From assembly GCA_964619725.1 (NCBI GenBank), contig CAZUFC010000138.1, forward strand, positions 1 through 19,945: 19,945 bases of DNA, written 5' to 3'. Of this stretch, positions 6,502-16,200 are shown in pieces (within the stretch, counting starts at the first letter, position 1; every line of letters begins with the position of its first letter). The DNA comes from an uncultured bacterium. GTDB lineage: Bacteria; CSSED10-310; CAZUFC01. Made by a program: the position numbers and the translations under genes. The notes beneath the pieces were generated by a model. The model searched no databases, was not told where the DNA came from, and saw only the letters and a program-made list of their open reading frames with translations.

Positions 6502-9417
6502 TTACCCCTCAGCGATAAAATCCATTATTTCCCCATAATTAGGACCGTCCGGGTCCCAGCCGTTCGGATCGACGATTCTGTCTCTGAGCAACTCGAAACC
6601 TTCTCCGCCCGGCTGATATTTAGGATCATTGTTGAAGGGATTGTAATCGTCTTTTCCGAAGTAATCTTTATCGTATCGGAGTATCTGTGTGCGCCAGGAC
6701 GTTTGCCCGTCAGCGGCTTTTTTGATCCATTGGAAGCCTTCCCATGGATCAAATACTCTGAAACGATCCTGGGGTTTCAAATTCAGATGCTCGGCCCAGG
6801 ATTCAATCCGGAAGTTCCGCATCAGCGGTCTTACGCCGTTTTTCAACGATCCGTCTACTATATCTGCGTTAATTTCAACGTCGTAGGTCATGGAACGATA
6901 TCCGGTGTTGGAGGAACCTATGCTCAGGTAAATGTCGTCGATGAGCATGCATTTGGCATGGACGTAAGTGGGATTGTTCGCATCGTTAATCAGGTGAAAA
7001 ACCAGCAGACGCTCCTGCAAATCCTGCGGCGACATGCCTTGTGATATGTATTCTATGAAGTTTCTTCTCAGATGATAAAGAACGGAATTAGCCAGTTCAG
7101 GGTCTTCGCCTAATTCTCTCGGTATCAAAATGGCGACGAATTTCAGCGGCGGAGCGCCGTCAGTTCCCTGGAGGCGTTCTTTTATGGCCCGGGCTATACT
7201 TTTTTCGTTGTGGGGCGTCTGGTCTCTGTGCATGACGAGGTACTGGTCCTGAAGATAGATATATTTTCTGGCGTTTTCTATGGCTTTGATTCTTGAGTTC
7301 AGACATCCCAATTCTCCTTCATCGCCTACGAAAGAATTGTATGGCGTCAAATGAGGTGAAATCGTGCGCCTTATGCTCACGAAATGCGGTGCGCCGGGTA
7401 TGGGGGCGATCTGTTCCTGATCCAGCGGGGTTTGTGTTCTCCCTTCGGTATTGCTGTCGGGATTGGCGTTCCAGCGTTGTCTGAAGTTTTTTTCTACGTC
7501 GTCTACCGCCGGTCCTTTTATCATGCAATGGATATCATGCCAGCAGCCGCCCTGGCGCCTGGGGTCTTCGTCCAGGTGCTGCGTAGAGTCCCAACGTCCT
7601 CTGGAAAGGTCAATCCCGCCCAGGAAAGCGACCCTTCCATGCCTGTTTTTGATCACCGTCGCCTTCTGATGATGCGAACCCGTGGCTCGACAGAGATTAT
7701 CCCTTATCGCTTCACCTCTTTTTATCGTTCCATCGTTGGCCGTTATCTCCGCATTAATTGCATTCACCGTCGCAGTGTTGTTCGATTTGTGATTCGGTTC
7801 CATCTCCAATTGCCGCCAGAAAAGGCCCCTTACCTTTACGCCCTGCTTTACGGCAGCTTTCAATATTCCCATGATGTGTCCCTTTGGATTAAAGTCCGCT
7901 CCCGGCGGGTCCGTTACTTCTCCCTGTTCATTGAAATCAACTTTGTAATCCGGGTCGGGCAGCGGCGGCAGATGCAGATCAGGACTTAACCGCCAGTTGC
8001 ACAGGTATATGTAATTCTGGGCGGCTTCGTCGAAAGGCAAAGGCGAGCCGTCAGGCAAATCTTCATCCGAAGCATATTCTTCTGTGCTGAAAGTCGCCCT
8101 CAGGGCGCGATACGTTTTCCTGAAGGTCGTCTCGCCGTCGATAAGCGGCACGGCTATGTTGCCCCTGGTATATCGCCGTGGAGGTCCGTCCGGTATAGCG
8201 TTGGGCTGCTCGGCGAACCACTTGTTCAAGTCAAGTATCTGCACGCAAAGGTAATCGTCAGCCATTACCGACCGGGGCAGAGGATTATCCGCATTCGGAG
8301 CGTCCGGCAATACCGCAGCAGTCAAGCCCTCATCCGGAAAACCAAGCGACATTCTCCTGACTCCCAATGGATCGCCGCCCGCCTCAAGCTCTTCACCCAG
8401 CCATAATCCCCACTCATTCGACGCCTTCGGTTCAACCGTTTCAAGCTCCTCCGGTTCCTCCCTTTCCTGCTCCCACAGGAATTCGATGCCTGCAGGACCC
8501 GCCGGCGTCTGGAAAATCAACGGCTCATTGTATTCATCCCTGAAATCTATGATTAATCTTTCAGGCAGCATGCCCGGAAGAGGATGATTCTCTATAGCAT
8601 CCTTATCAGGAACAAGGACATTGCTCAGAAACGGAACAGCCGGCACATCGACAATATCGATCATTCTGCGCAGAAAGAATCCCGGCGAAATTATTTGCCC
8701 GAACTGGTCCGCAATTTTTATGGTTAATCTTTTGAAATTGTGTGCGCCTGCAGGTATGGGAATGGCTGCGTCATGATTATCCGCAGCCTGTCCGATCACC
8801 TGTCCCGCACGAACCAATACAGGCAGCTCTCCCGCCAGGAAAGCATCGATCATGTCCGGCACGTCCTGCGTATGATACGGATCGGGTTTTTCCGTTTTTA
8901 TAAGAGGCTCGATAGAGGCGTTCAATATTGCGGTATCTACGTTTTCATACAGAATGATCGACGGTACGGGTCTTCCTCCTTTTCCCTCTGACGTCTGCGG
9001 CGTTAGGGGCGAACCGTCCCGCAACATCCTTTTCAATTGCTTGATCAATGTCGGCCAAACTTTCAACGCCAGTGTCGGGGCATCAGCCGTCATATCTTCG
9101 CCGGAGCGCTTCTTCACGCCCTCGATCTTCTCTCCTGCCGGCACGTATTGCATGAACCCGTGAGTCATCGCTATCAGGCTGTGCAGGGGAATATTAGACT
9201 CGCCGTAGTCAGGAATGCCCGTTTCGCTGAATGCAATATTGGCCCAGGGATACCTCGCTGAAGCGCTGCCGTCGATCCATATGTCCAACCCCTCGGCGTT
9301 TTCCACCGGAATGCCGAAACTGCGGCCGGTACGGTAATGAACCGCTCCCCCAGCGCCCGGATTGGGCAACGGCATCGATAACTCAAGATTGTGAACATTT
9401 CCTGTTATATAAGCCAT
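6502..9417 (-). CDS. Phospholipase D family protein (two HKD-type motifs, eukaryotic PLD-like flanking motifs) with a ~410-aa N-terminal extension
   Basis: GNIAVPLIDGETTF; IYLCNWRLSPDL; GVKVRGLFW; SHHQKATVIK...AFLGGIDLSRGRWD; WHDIHCMIKGPAV..NFRQRWN; AIENARKYIYLQDQY; YVHAKCMLIDD..SIGSSN..RSMTYDVEI; WAEHL. AGGAG RBS. Confidence 0.92.
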   Translation of the reverse strand: MAYITGNVHNLELSMPLPNPGAGGAVHYRTGRSFGIPVENAEGLDIWIDGSASARYPWANIAFSETGIPDYGESNIPLHSLIAMTHGFMQYVPAGEKIEGVKKRSGEDMTADAPTLALKVWPTLIKQLKRMLRDGSPLTPQTSEGKGGRPVPSIILYENVDTAILNASIEPLIKTEKPDPYHTQDVPDMIDAFLAGELPVLVRAGQVIGQAADNHDAAIPIPAGAHNFKRLTIKIADQFGQIISPGFFLRRMIDIVDVPAVPFLSNVLVPDKDAIENHPLPGMLPERLIIDFRDEYNEPLIFQTPAGPAGIEFLWEQEREEPEELETVEPKASNEWGLWLGEELEAGGDPLGVRRMSLGFPDEGLTAAVLPDAPNADNPLPRSVMADDYLCVQILDLNKWFAEQPNAIPDGPPRRYTRGNIAVPLIDGETTFRKTYRALRATFSTEEYASDEDLPDGSPLPFDEAAQNYIYLCNWRLSPDLHLPPLPDPDYKVDFNEQGEVTDPPGADFNPKGHIMGILKAAVKQGVKVRGLFWRQLEMEPNHKSNNTATVNAINAEITANDGTIKRGEAIRDNLCRATGSHHQKATVIKNRHGRVAFLGGIDLSRGRWDSTQHLDEDPRRQGGCWHDIHCMIKGPAVDDVEKNFRQRWNANPDSNTEGRTQTPLDQEQIAPIPGAPHFVSIRRTISPHLTPYNSFVGDEGELGCLNSRIKAIENARKYIYLQDQYLVMHRDQTPHNEKSIARAIKERLQGTDGAPPLKFVAILIPRELGEDPELANSVLYHLRRNFIEYISQGMSPQDLQERLLVFHLINDANNPTYVHAKCMLIDDIYLSIGSSNTGYRSMTYDVEINADIVDGSLKNGVRPLMRNFRIESWAEHLNLKPQDRFRVFDPWEGFQWIKKAADGQTSWRTQILRYDKDYFGKDDYNPFNNDPKYQPGGEGFELLRDRIVDPNGWDPDGPNYGEIMDFIAEG

Positions 9418-9457
9418 GTTATGCTCCTAAAGAAAAGTGAACATCATCATTCCCGAT

Positions 9458-12400
9458 TCACCTGCCGGTCGAAACGACCGCAACATCGCCGTAAACGACA
9501 TGTCCTGCATTATCCCTGCATTTTATGCGATAACGATAAATTTCACGACGCTGGACATTCTCGTCCCAAAAATCGAACACTCCCATTCTGAGCCAGTCCG
9601 ACACCGGACGAAACGCTCCGGTTTGTCCCCTGGCTTTCAACACGATACACCTCAAGGTTCTATCGGCCGAAGTCCATCGCAACCTGATCCGTGTTCCGTC
9701 AAAACGGCTCTGTATCCATTCCGGCGGTTCAGGAGCGGGTTTCAGCGGCGATGCCCGGACAGCTTTCGAGGCCCTGGAACGATTGCCTGATGCATCTTCA
9801 GCAACCAGGCGATAAAAATAAGTTTTTCCTGGCTCGACATCCTGGTCCTTAAAAACCAAAATTCTACTCCTGTCGTTATCGTCATCCGGCAAATCAGTCA
9901 TCTCCGGTTTAGTTTCACCGCCGACAGTCGTCTCGATTCTTTTCATACGCCTGATTCTTTCATCGCCTTCGGTCAGCAGCTCATCCGTAATTTTCTTCAT
10001 GAGTCTGAAATCTTCGGCTTCCCGCAAAGTTTCCGCCCGGAAAATTCTGTATCCGTCCAGGTCTTTTTCCGTATTGGGCAGGAAGGCTGCTTCAACATAA
10101 CCGATTCCCGGAGCGACGAAAGCCCACTTCGGTCGGCCTGGCGGCGTAACGTCGTGCAGGTCTACGACTACGGCTGTCGAAGCCGGGTCAGCATCAGGGC
10201 CTCTTTCCGGCCAGGGAGCCAGGTTTCCCGCAGGATCAATGGACCGAATCCGGTAAATATAACGATTATCGACCTTTCCGTTTATCCTGTCGCGGTATTT
10301 CATCGGTCCGCTGGAACGGCACACAAGCGGTTTCTCCGTTACTGCATTGAAAGCGCTCACGTTTTCCTTCCGGCTCCCCAGGTCTTGAAGTATAAGACGC
10401 TGATGATCGTCGTCCTGCGATTCATATTGCTCAAAATTATAACCCGCCTGCTTCAACAAATCGCTGTCCAGCGCCCTGTATATCATGTATGAATAAGGCG
10501 CCTGCCCCTGCCATTTGAATTCAAAATAGGAGTGACCGTAATAATCCGCACGCGTCGCATAGTTAACCAGGGGAAATTCCAGTTCCGGTAACGGCGGCGC
10601 CTGGCGATAAACCGCAAATATGCCCGCTACAGGTGATACGCTTCCGTGATTGCCCCATTGATCAATGCTGTTTATTCCGATCTGCGCGTGCCGTTTGGGC
10701 ATTTCCACTGAAGTCGCTAAAGACACTCCGCCGATCGTCGCTCTGTATCTCCGGTGATAACCACCGAATTCCGCCCCCTCCAGCATCAATTCAACCTTGA
10801 TATCCTCTTCGTCCAACCCGCCGGGAACACTTGTCGCGTTTCCTTCATAATCTACAACCAACGGTCCCGGCTCCGCATATGTTCCGGGATCATGATCGAA
10901 ACCTTGCCAATGCGATTCATCGTCAAAGGATTTGTGCGCCGGATGCGCCTGTTTTGCCGGTTCAGCGCCTTCAGCCGGAGCGTGTTTGCCTAAATTCAGC
11001 GTCGCTTTGCCGGGTGCAGGGTTTGTTTTGGGCGCTGCCCGGACCGTCAATACGCTGTTTGCTCCTGATGCGACGGTCAGAATTCTGTAATTAACGCCGT
11101 TCTGCCTGACAAACCCGATATTGACCGTTTCCTGTTCACTCGAAAAATCAGGTCCCGGCATCAGAATATCGGTATCAAGCCGGTATTTTTCACCTCCCAG
11201 ATGCGCCACGTGCGTTATGCTCCCCCGCATGGAATTGAAACGTCCCGGATAATAAAATAATTGAAAGAATTTTAAATCAGGCGCCTGCTTCTGTCGCGAT
11301 ACCGGCCATACCCATTCTATGATGATCCCCGGTTTGCTCTGCACTCCCGGCAGCCTGTTCCTGTTTATCCAGTTCAATGCCGCACTGTTCGCCGTTTCCT
11401 CATCTTCAGGGTCCAGGTAAAGCACCTTCACATTTATGGGAGGCGGCGGAGCGACCGTATCCGAAAGCGTAACCTTCTTCGGACTTGTCGCAGCGCTTAT
11501 CCTGCCGAACAGGTCTATTCCTGATATCCTGTAATAGAAATCTCCGTATCCCGGACCCCGGTCGGTAAAATAATCGTCGTTTATATCGGCATCCTCGGCA
11601 TCCTCCGGCGCCGGCGCCGGAAAAATCGGACGGTCGTCTATGCGGGTTCCTTCGGAATCGCTGACCTGTTCTTTAGTTAAAAACTTGTAAGGTCCTTCCG
11701 GGCCGGCGTCCGCTTCAGTCCTTTCCACATGATAGGAAATATGCCAGGTTGAAGGCGAGAGCATGTCCCGTTCGGAAGGCCTGTCCCACCTCAATACGGC
11801 ATCAGCCTGGCATGCATTCACGACTCCGGCGACTTCTCTTGCCGGCGCTTCTTTTGACTTCACCGTCAGTCCTTCCGGAGGTTCCAGCTCTGGAACAGCC
11901 TGGGGCAGACAATTACGGCAAATCCATATGAAATCGGATGATTGACCGTCAATGCTCCAGTTCCCTTCCAGCTTGTAGTCACGCGGTGCGGCCGCCTCCC
12001 TGTCGACATAATACAAACCGAGAATTCTCGCAAAATAGGGATCAAGCGACGCGCTCAACAGAGAGGCCAGTATTTTGATGTTCATTTTTGCCCCGTCTCC
12101 GCCTTCGGACCTCAACTGCTCGTCGACATCCATCATGGGCATTGTCAACGAACGGAACAACATGGATTTGATATAACCCGTCAAATCATCATATTCATCT
12201 CCCGCATACCGCCGCCTGATATCGTCCATATCTGGAGCGTCAGCAGGCAGTTCGACTGCATCGGGAATGCGGGCAAGCGCGCACGCTTCATCTGTCGGGA
12301 ATCCGTGGTCAAACGGATATGCAGCTCCTGCCATCCTCACCGGAAGCAATAACGGAACAGCCAGATCACGCCAGGGAGAGGTCGAACTCTCCGTCTCGGC

Positions 12401-13270
12401 CAGCCAATACTCCACCGACGTCAAAATCGCATTATTGCCGGTTATTTCCACCCTCTCGACAGCATCAGCGGTCAGCGTAATATCGGTAACTTTACATTCC
12501 ATGCGAGCGTCCCACATTCTCGCCGGATGCAATTCGTCGATTATGCTCTTCTTCTTCAATATATCCTTATCCAGACCGGGATAGGAACTTATTCGCCGCA
12601 ACAGCTCCATCCGTATTTTTTTCAATCTTCTTACCGCATTCATTCTTTCCGACTCGTGAAGCGATTTCAGAGTCATTCGGGGTCCCCGCGCCATGCGTGT
12701 CTTCAAATGCCTTCCCGCTATGATAGTTTCACCATTGGGCAGCCTGAGTTTACTCCTGTCCAGAAAACGTCTTCTCCGAAAATGAAAAACAGGGCGACCC
12801 ACAGACTCATAATCGCTAATAACATCACGATGATAAGCGGCTGCGGTACAATTGCCCTTGTAAGCGAACGTCAGCCTGACCTTCCAGGCTTGTTTACGCA
12901 GCGGATCGACCGGCGAATCCCTGAATTCCATGATCAGCGGTTGTCCGTCAAGCTTGACTCCGTGCTGACCGCACAGTCTGGTCAGTTCAATATCGCTCAG
13001 GTCTTTCCGGTGAAAAACCAGTCCCTTGCCGTAAATGCATTTCAGGCTTTCGGCATGATAGTTCTTGCCTATCATGTAACTCAATTCGCCGTCCGTGTAA
13101 CCCTCTTTCGCGTCATGGTCCCTGTAAAAGAGCCTGAATCCGGCACGCGGAAAGCCCAGTTCCGGCGCAAAATTAATACGGAGATGAACGCCGTCCTGGA
13201 GAATGTTATGATTCAAAGCGCCCAGAGTCAGCATGGACAATAGCGGATCGTTATAATAGGTCGCGCTCAT
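9458..13270 (-). CDS. Large protein with about 5 fibronectin type III-like domains, function unknown
   Basis: 1270-aa ORF with repeated FN3 hallmarks: PPEGLTV..LRW..YHVER..YYRISGIDLFGRIS; DTVAPPPP; YIYRIRSIDPAGN; DVTPPGRP..DLDGYRIFR..GKTYFYRLVAEDASGNRS; IRLRW..YRYRIKCRDNAG. The start overlaps the upstream stop (TGATG) and has an AAGGAG RBS. Confidence 0.85.
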   Translation of the reverse strand: MSATYYNDPLLSMLTLGALNHNILQDGVHLRINFAPELGFPRAGFRLFYRDHDAKEGYTDGELSYMIGKNYHAESLKCIYGKGLVFHRKDLSDIELTRLCGQHGVKLDGQPLIMEFRDSPVDPLRKQAWKVRLTFAYKGNCTAAAYHRDVISDYESVGRPVFHFRRRRFLDRSKLRLPNGETIIAGRHLKTRMARGPRMTLKSLHESERMNAVRRLKKIRMELLRRISSYPGLDKDILKKKSIIDELHPARMWDARMECKVTDITLTADAVERVEITGNNAILTSVEYWLAETESSTSPWRDLAVPLLLPVRMAGAAYPFDHGFPTDEACALARIPDAVELPADAPDMDDIRRRYAGDEYDDLTGYIKSMLFRSLTMPMMDVDEQLRSEGGDGAKMNIKILASLLSASLDPYFARILGLYYVDREAAAPRDYKLEGNWSIDGQSSDFIWICRNCLPQAVPELEPPEGLTVKSKEAPAREVAGVVNACQADAVLRWDRPSERDMLSPSTWHISYHVERTEADAGPEGPYKFLTKEQVSDSEGTRIDDRPIFPAPAPEDAEDADINDDYFTDRGPGYGDFYYRISGIDLFGRISAATSPKKVTLSDTVAPPPPINVKVLYLDPEDEETANSAALNWINRNRLPGVQSKPGIIIEWVWPVSRQKQAPDLKFFQLFYYPGRFNSMRGSITHVAHLGGEKYRLDTDILMPGPDFSSEQETVNIGFVRQNGVNYRILTVASGANSVLTVRAAPKTNPAPGKATLNLGKHAPAEGAEPAKQAHPAHKSFDDESHWQGFDHDPGTYAEPGPLVVDYEGNATSVPGGLDEEDIKVELMLEGAEFGGYHRRYRATIGGVSLATSVEMPKRHAQIGINSIDQWGNHGSVSPVAGIFAVYRQAPPLPELEFPLVNYATRADYYGHSYFEFKWQGQAPYSYMIYRALDSDLLKQAGYNFEQYESQDDDHQRLILQDLGSRKENVSAFNAVTEKPLVCRSSGPMKYRDRINGKVDNRYIYRIRSIDPAGNLAPWPERGPDADPASTAVVVDLHDVTPPGRPKWAFVAPGIGYVEAAFLPNTEKDLDGYRIFRAETLREAEDFRLMKKITDELLTEGDERIRRMKRIETTVGGETKPEMTDLPDDDNDRSRILVFKDQDVEPGKTYFYRLVAEDASGNRSRASKAVRASPLKPAPEPPEWIQSRFDGTRIRLRWTSADRTLRCIVLKARGQTGAFRPVSDWLRMGVFDFWDENVQRREIYRYRIKCRDNAGHVVYGDVAVVSTGR

Positions 13271-16200
13271 CAGTCAATCTCCTTTTCCGGAGTTTCGGTC
13301 AGCCGGAAGCGGAGATTCGCTTCCAGGTCATCTTCAACCCCTTTAATCTTAAGGTCACGTTCGCCGTCGACGTCCGTCATCCTGTAAATGAATTTCATTC
13401 TGTATGAACCTTGCGGCAAATCGCCCACACGATTGTTGCCTCCGACCGTCACAACGGGGATAATGAAGCACCGCGTTTCGTCCGCTGTCCGCACCGCACG
13501 GCAATTCACCGTCTGCCAGACGTTCATGGAGAATTCTCGTCCCCGGAGACTGACCGTGCGTCTTACCAGGCGCTTCAGCTTGAATGAAACTCGCTTCCGG
13601 TTGAATAAAGGTTCAGGACTCTTAAACAGGAGCATCTTTCGCCGGTATCGTTCATTCGGCATCCTGTCCCATACAGTCGTTATCTCCGGTTTTTCTGCAT
13701 CAGGATCATTCGCCAGGCCCAGATGCTCGAACCATATATTCCGAAATGCCTGGTCCTCGGAAAAAACATCCTCTTCATCAAAACTTTCGGCTTCCGCCAT
13801 AACAGCGTTCAGCAAGCTCTTTTCCATACTCTCCATCACGACAGACCAGGATTTTTTGTCGAAAGCCTCTATGTGATCGTTGAAACTCCCGTAAAGGCTC
13901 GTCGTAAATTGGAATTCGAAAAGGGACTTCCGGAGTTTGTCGCCGTATAACTTTACCTGGTATTGCGTTGCCGGCTGTATCAGTGCGCTGATCCTTATCC
14001 TGTCGTTGGAGGGTATCTTTGTCAGATCGAGCTGCATACAATCAGCCTCAGACAATGTATCAACATAAATCTCATTTTCAGGCGTCAATGCCGGGTGTTC
14101 GCTTTTTTCCAGGTATCTTTCCGCGTCGACTTCCCTTCCGTCCATGTCGAACACCCTGGCGTGCAATCCTTCCCCCGCTTTTCTATACATCGCCTCCACA
14201 TAAATCCTGTTGAAAGAAACCTGAAGATCGTGGTTCGGATAAACCGGAACAGCGCCGTCAGCAGGATACGTCCACTCAACGTAAGGAGAAATATCCGCCG
14301 GCGGACCGCTTGTACGTATCTCGAAAGTTTCTTCCCGTGTAGGCGTCGAAGCGTGAGGAGGTCCGTTAATGTCGTCAGCATCATTGAAGATGTCGGCCCG
14401 GTGTTTAATTCTTATTTTGTATATCGAATTCGGTTCGTGAATCAGGCAGGAACCTGTCGGCTCTTCGAGGTTCTCTTCTGATGCCGCCTTATCCAGTAAG
14501 GCCAGTTTCCTTCCCAGGGCAACTCGCATTTCTTCCTGCTTCTCCTCGGCCCTGATTCGAGATAACGGCATATAACACAATTCATACAGGCTGGGGCGTT
14601 CAAAAACATGATCGATCTTTTCGACAGTCGGCAAAAGCGACCTGAACCACAAAATAACGTTGTCGAATTCTTTGTCCTCCAGTTTTACTTCAAACTCGTG
14701 CCTGGTTATTTCATAGTTATGCACGACATTTTTGCCCAACCTCAGCAAAAGTATGCCGGACTGGTATTTCGTGTCGAAAATGATATGTCCCGACAACATG
14801 TTGCTGAGCGGCACTTCGATCCTTACGCCGCAGATGTTTTGTCTGCAGAATTCCGCTTCCGGGCGGTTCATTGCCAGCAATTCCGTCAGCAACAGGTATT
14901 TACCTGTTTGCCGAATTCGGGGGTCTGCCTCTCTGACTTCCATCGGGTTAATTGCGGAGAAGGGGAAAATCTGTTCGTTGACCAGACCTGACCCCTCGTA
15001 AGGAAACGCCCGGAAGGTCGATTTCAAGCCGTCGTCCGTTTCATGATTCAACGTGGGGTCGTATGCATCGCTTTCATATTCGTCAAACCGGATGCAGACA
15101 GGTTCTGCAGAAACTTCTTCCCCGCAGGGATAAGCCGGGTAAAGATGCAGAAATGAATCTATCCAGGCTGCATCGATCCTGGCTTCCGGCCAACCGACAT
15201 TGCTTAATATCGGAGAAAACGGATTAAGCTCAAACAGCGCCAGCCGGTCCGAAGCCGGTCCGTTACTGTCGCCGATCTGAGGAACCCATTCAGCGGTAAG
15301 CGTTTCTTCAAGATTATACTCGCCGGTCTCTTCTCTCAGCTCCGGATCAAGCGGTTCCACAGTTATAAATATTTCTTCAAGGATATACCGGTAAAACTTG
15401 TCTCCGACCTGATCAGGCTCAGGATCATGCGACGGATGCACGGCAGGTTCCCATTCAGCCGCCATGGGCGTTCGGAAAGCGATTATAATGCGTCCGTCCA
15501 TGGGAAGTTCGGCAGCAGGGTCATATTGTTCCGTCCTGGAATATACTCTTTCAGAATAGCCGATAAGCGAACTTTCCAGGCTCATGTTTTCGACCAGGGG
15601 ATTCAGCGGTTCCGGCAGTCCTTCCGCATCGCCCCAATTAAGTTCCACGTCCACTTTAACGTCGGGCAGCGGCCAGGGCAATCCCAGGGTAGCCCTCACC
15701 ATACCCTTGAGTTTAAAAGGTTCTGGTCCCTGCGCTGCCAGAGAGGCATGCAATCCCAGTCCAAAACCGAAGCCCCATATTTTAAAGCTCAATTCACCAT
15801 GCGCCGTGACCTGGCCGAAAAGAAAGAAGGGTTCGCTCGAAAGCGCTGCGTCGAAAGCAAACCAGGCTGCGATCACAACGCGCACAGGCCCCAGTTTCCA
15901 CCGTTCGTCAAAACCCATTTTACCGCCTGCGGCAAATGATATGCCTGATAGTTGCAGATCGCCCAGTTTCAATCCCGCTCCGTCCAGCATTAAATAGGCT
16001 TCCCAGCCGCTCAACTTCAATACCTTGCTTCTTATCCGCTTTTCCGGCGGCGCATAACGGCCCGCGTAAATATGCCAGTTTGATGATGAGTCCGCATCGA
16101 AATAAACCTCGGCATCAGCATGCATATCGAATAATATGCCGCTTTCCGGGATGCGATAATCGAATTCGATGCTCAACTGGAACAAACCGTCGTCAAAATC

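Noticed and set aside
6502-9417. Cardiolipin synthase (cls) or a PLD-family nuclease
   Set aside because: There are no N-terminal transmembrane helices. The GGIDL..GRWD, WHD and WAEHL motifs point to the eukaryote-like PLD branch, and there are two catalytic motifs rather than the single one of Nuc-type nucleases.
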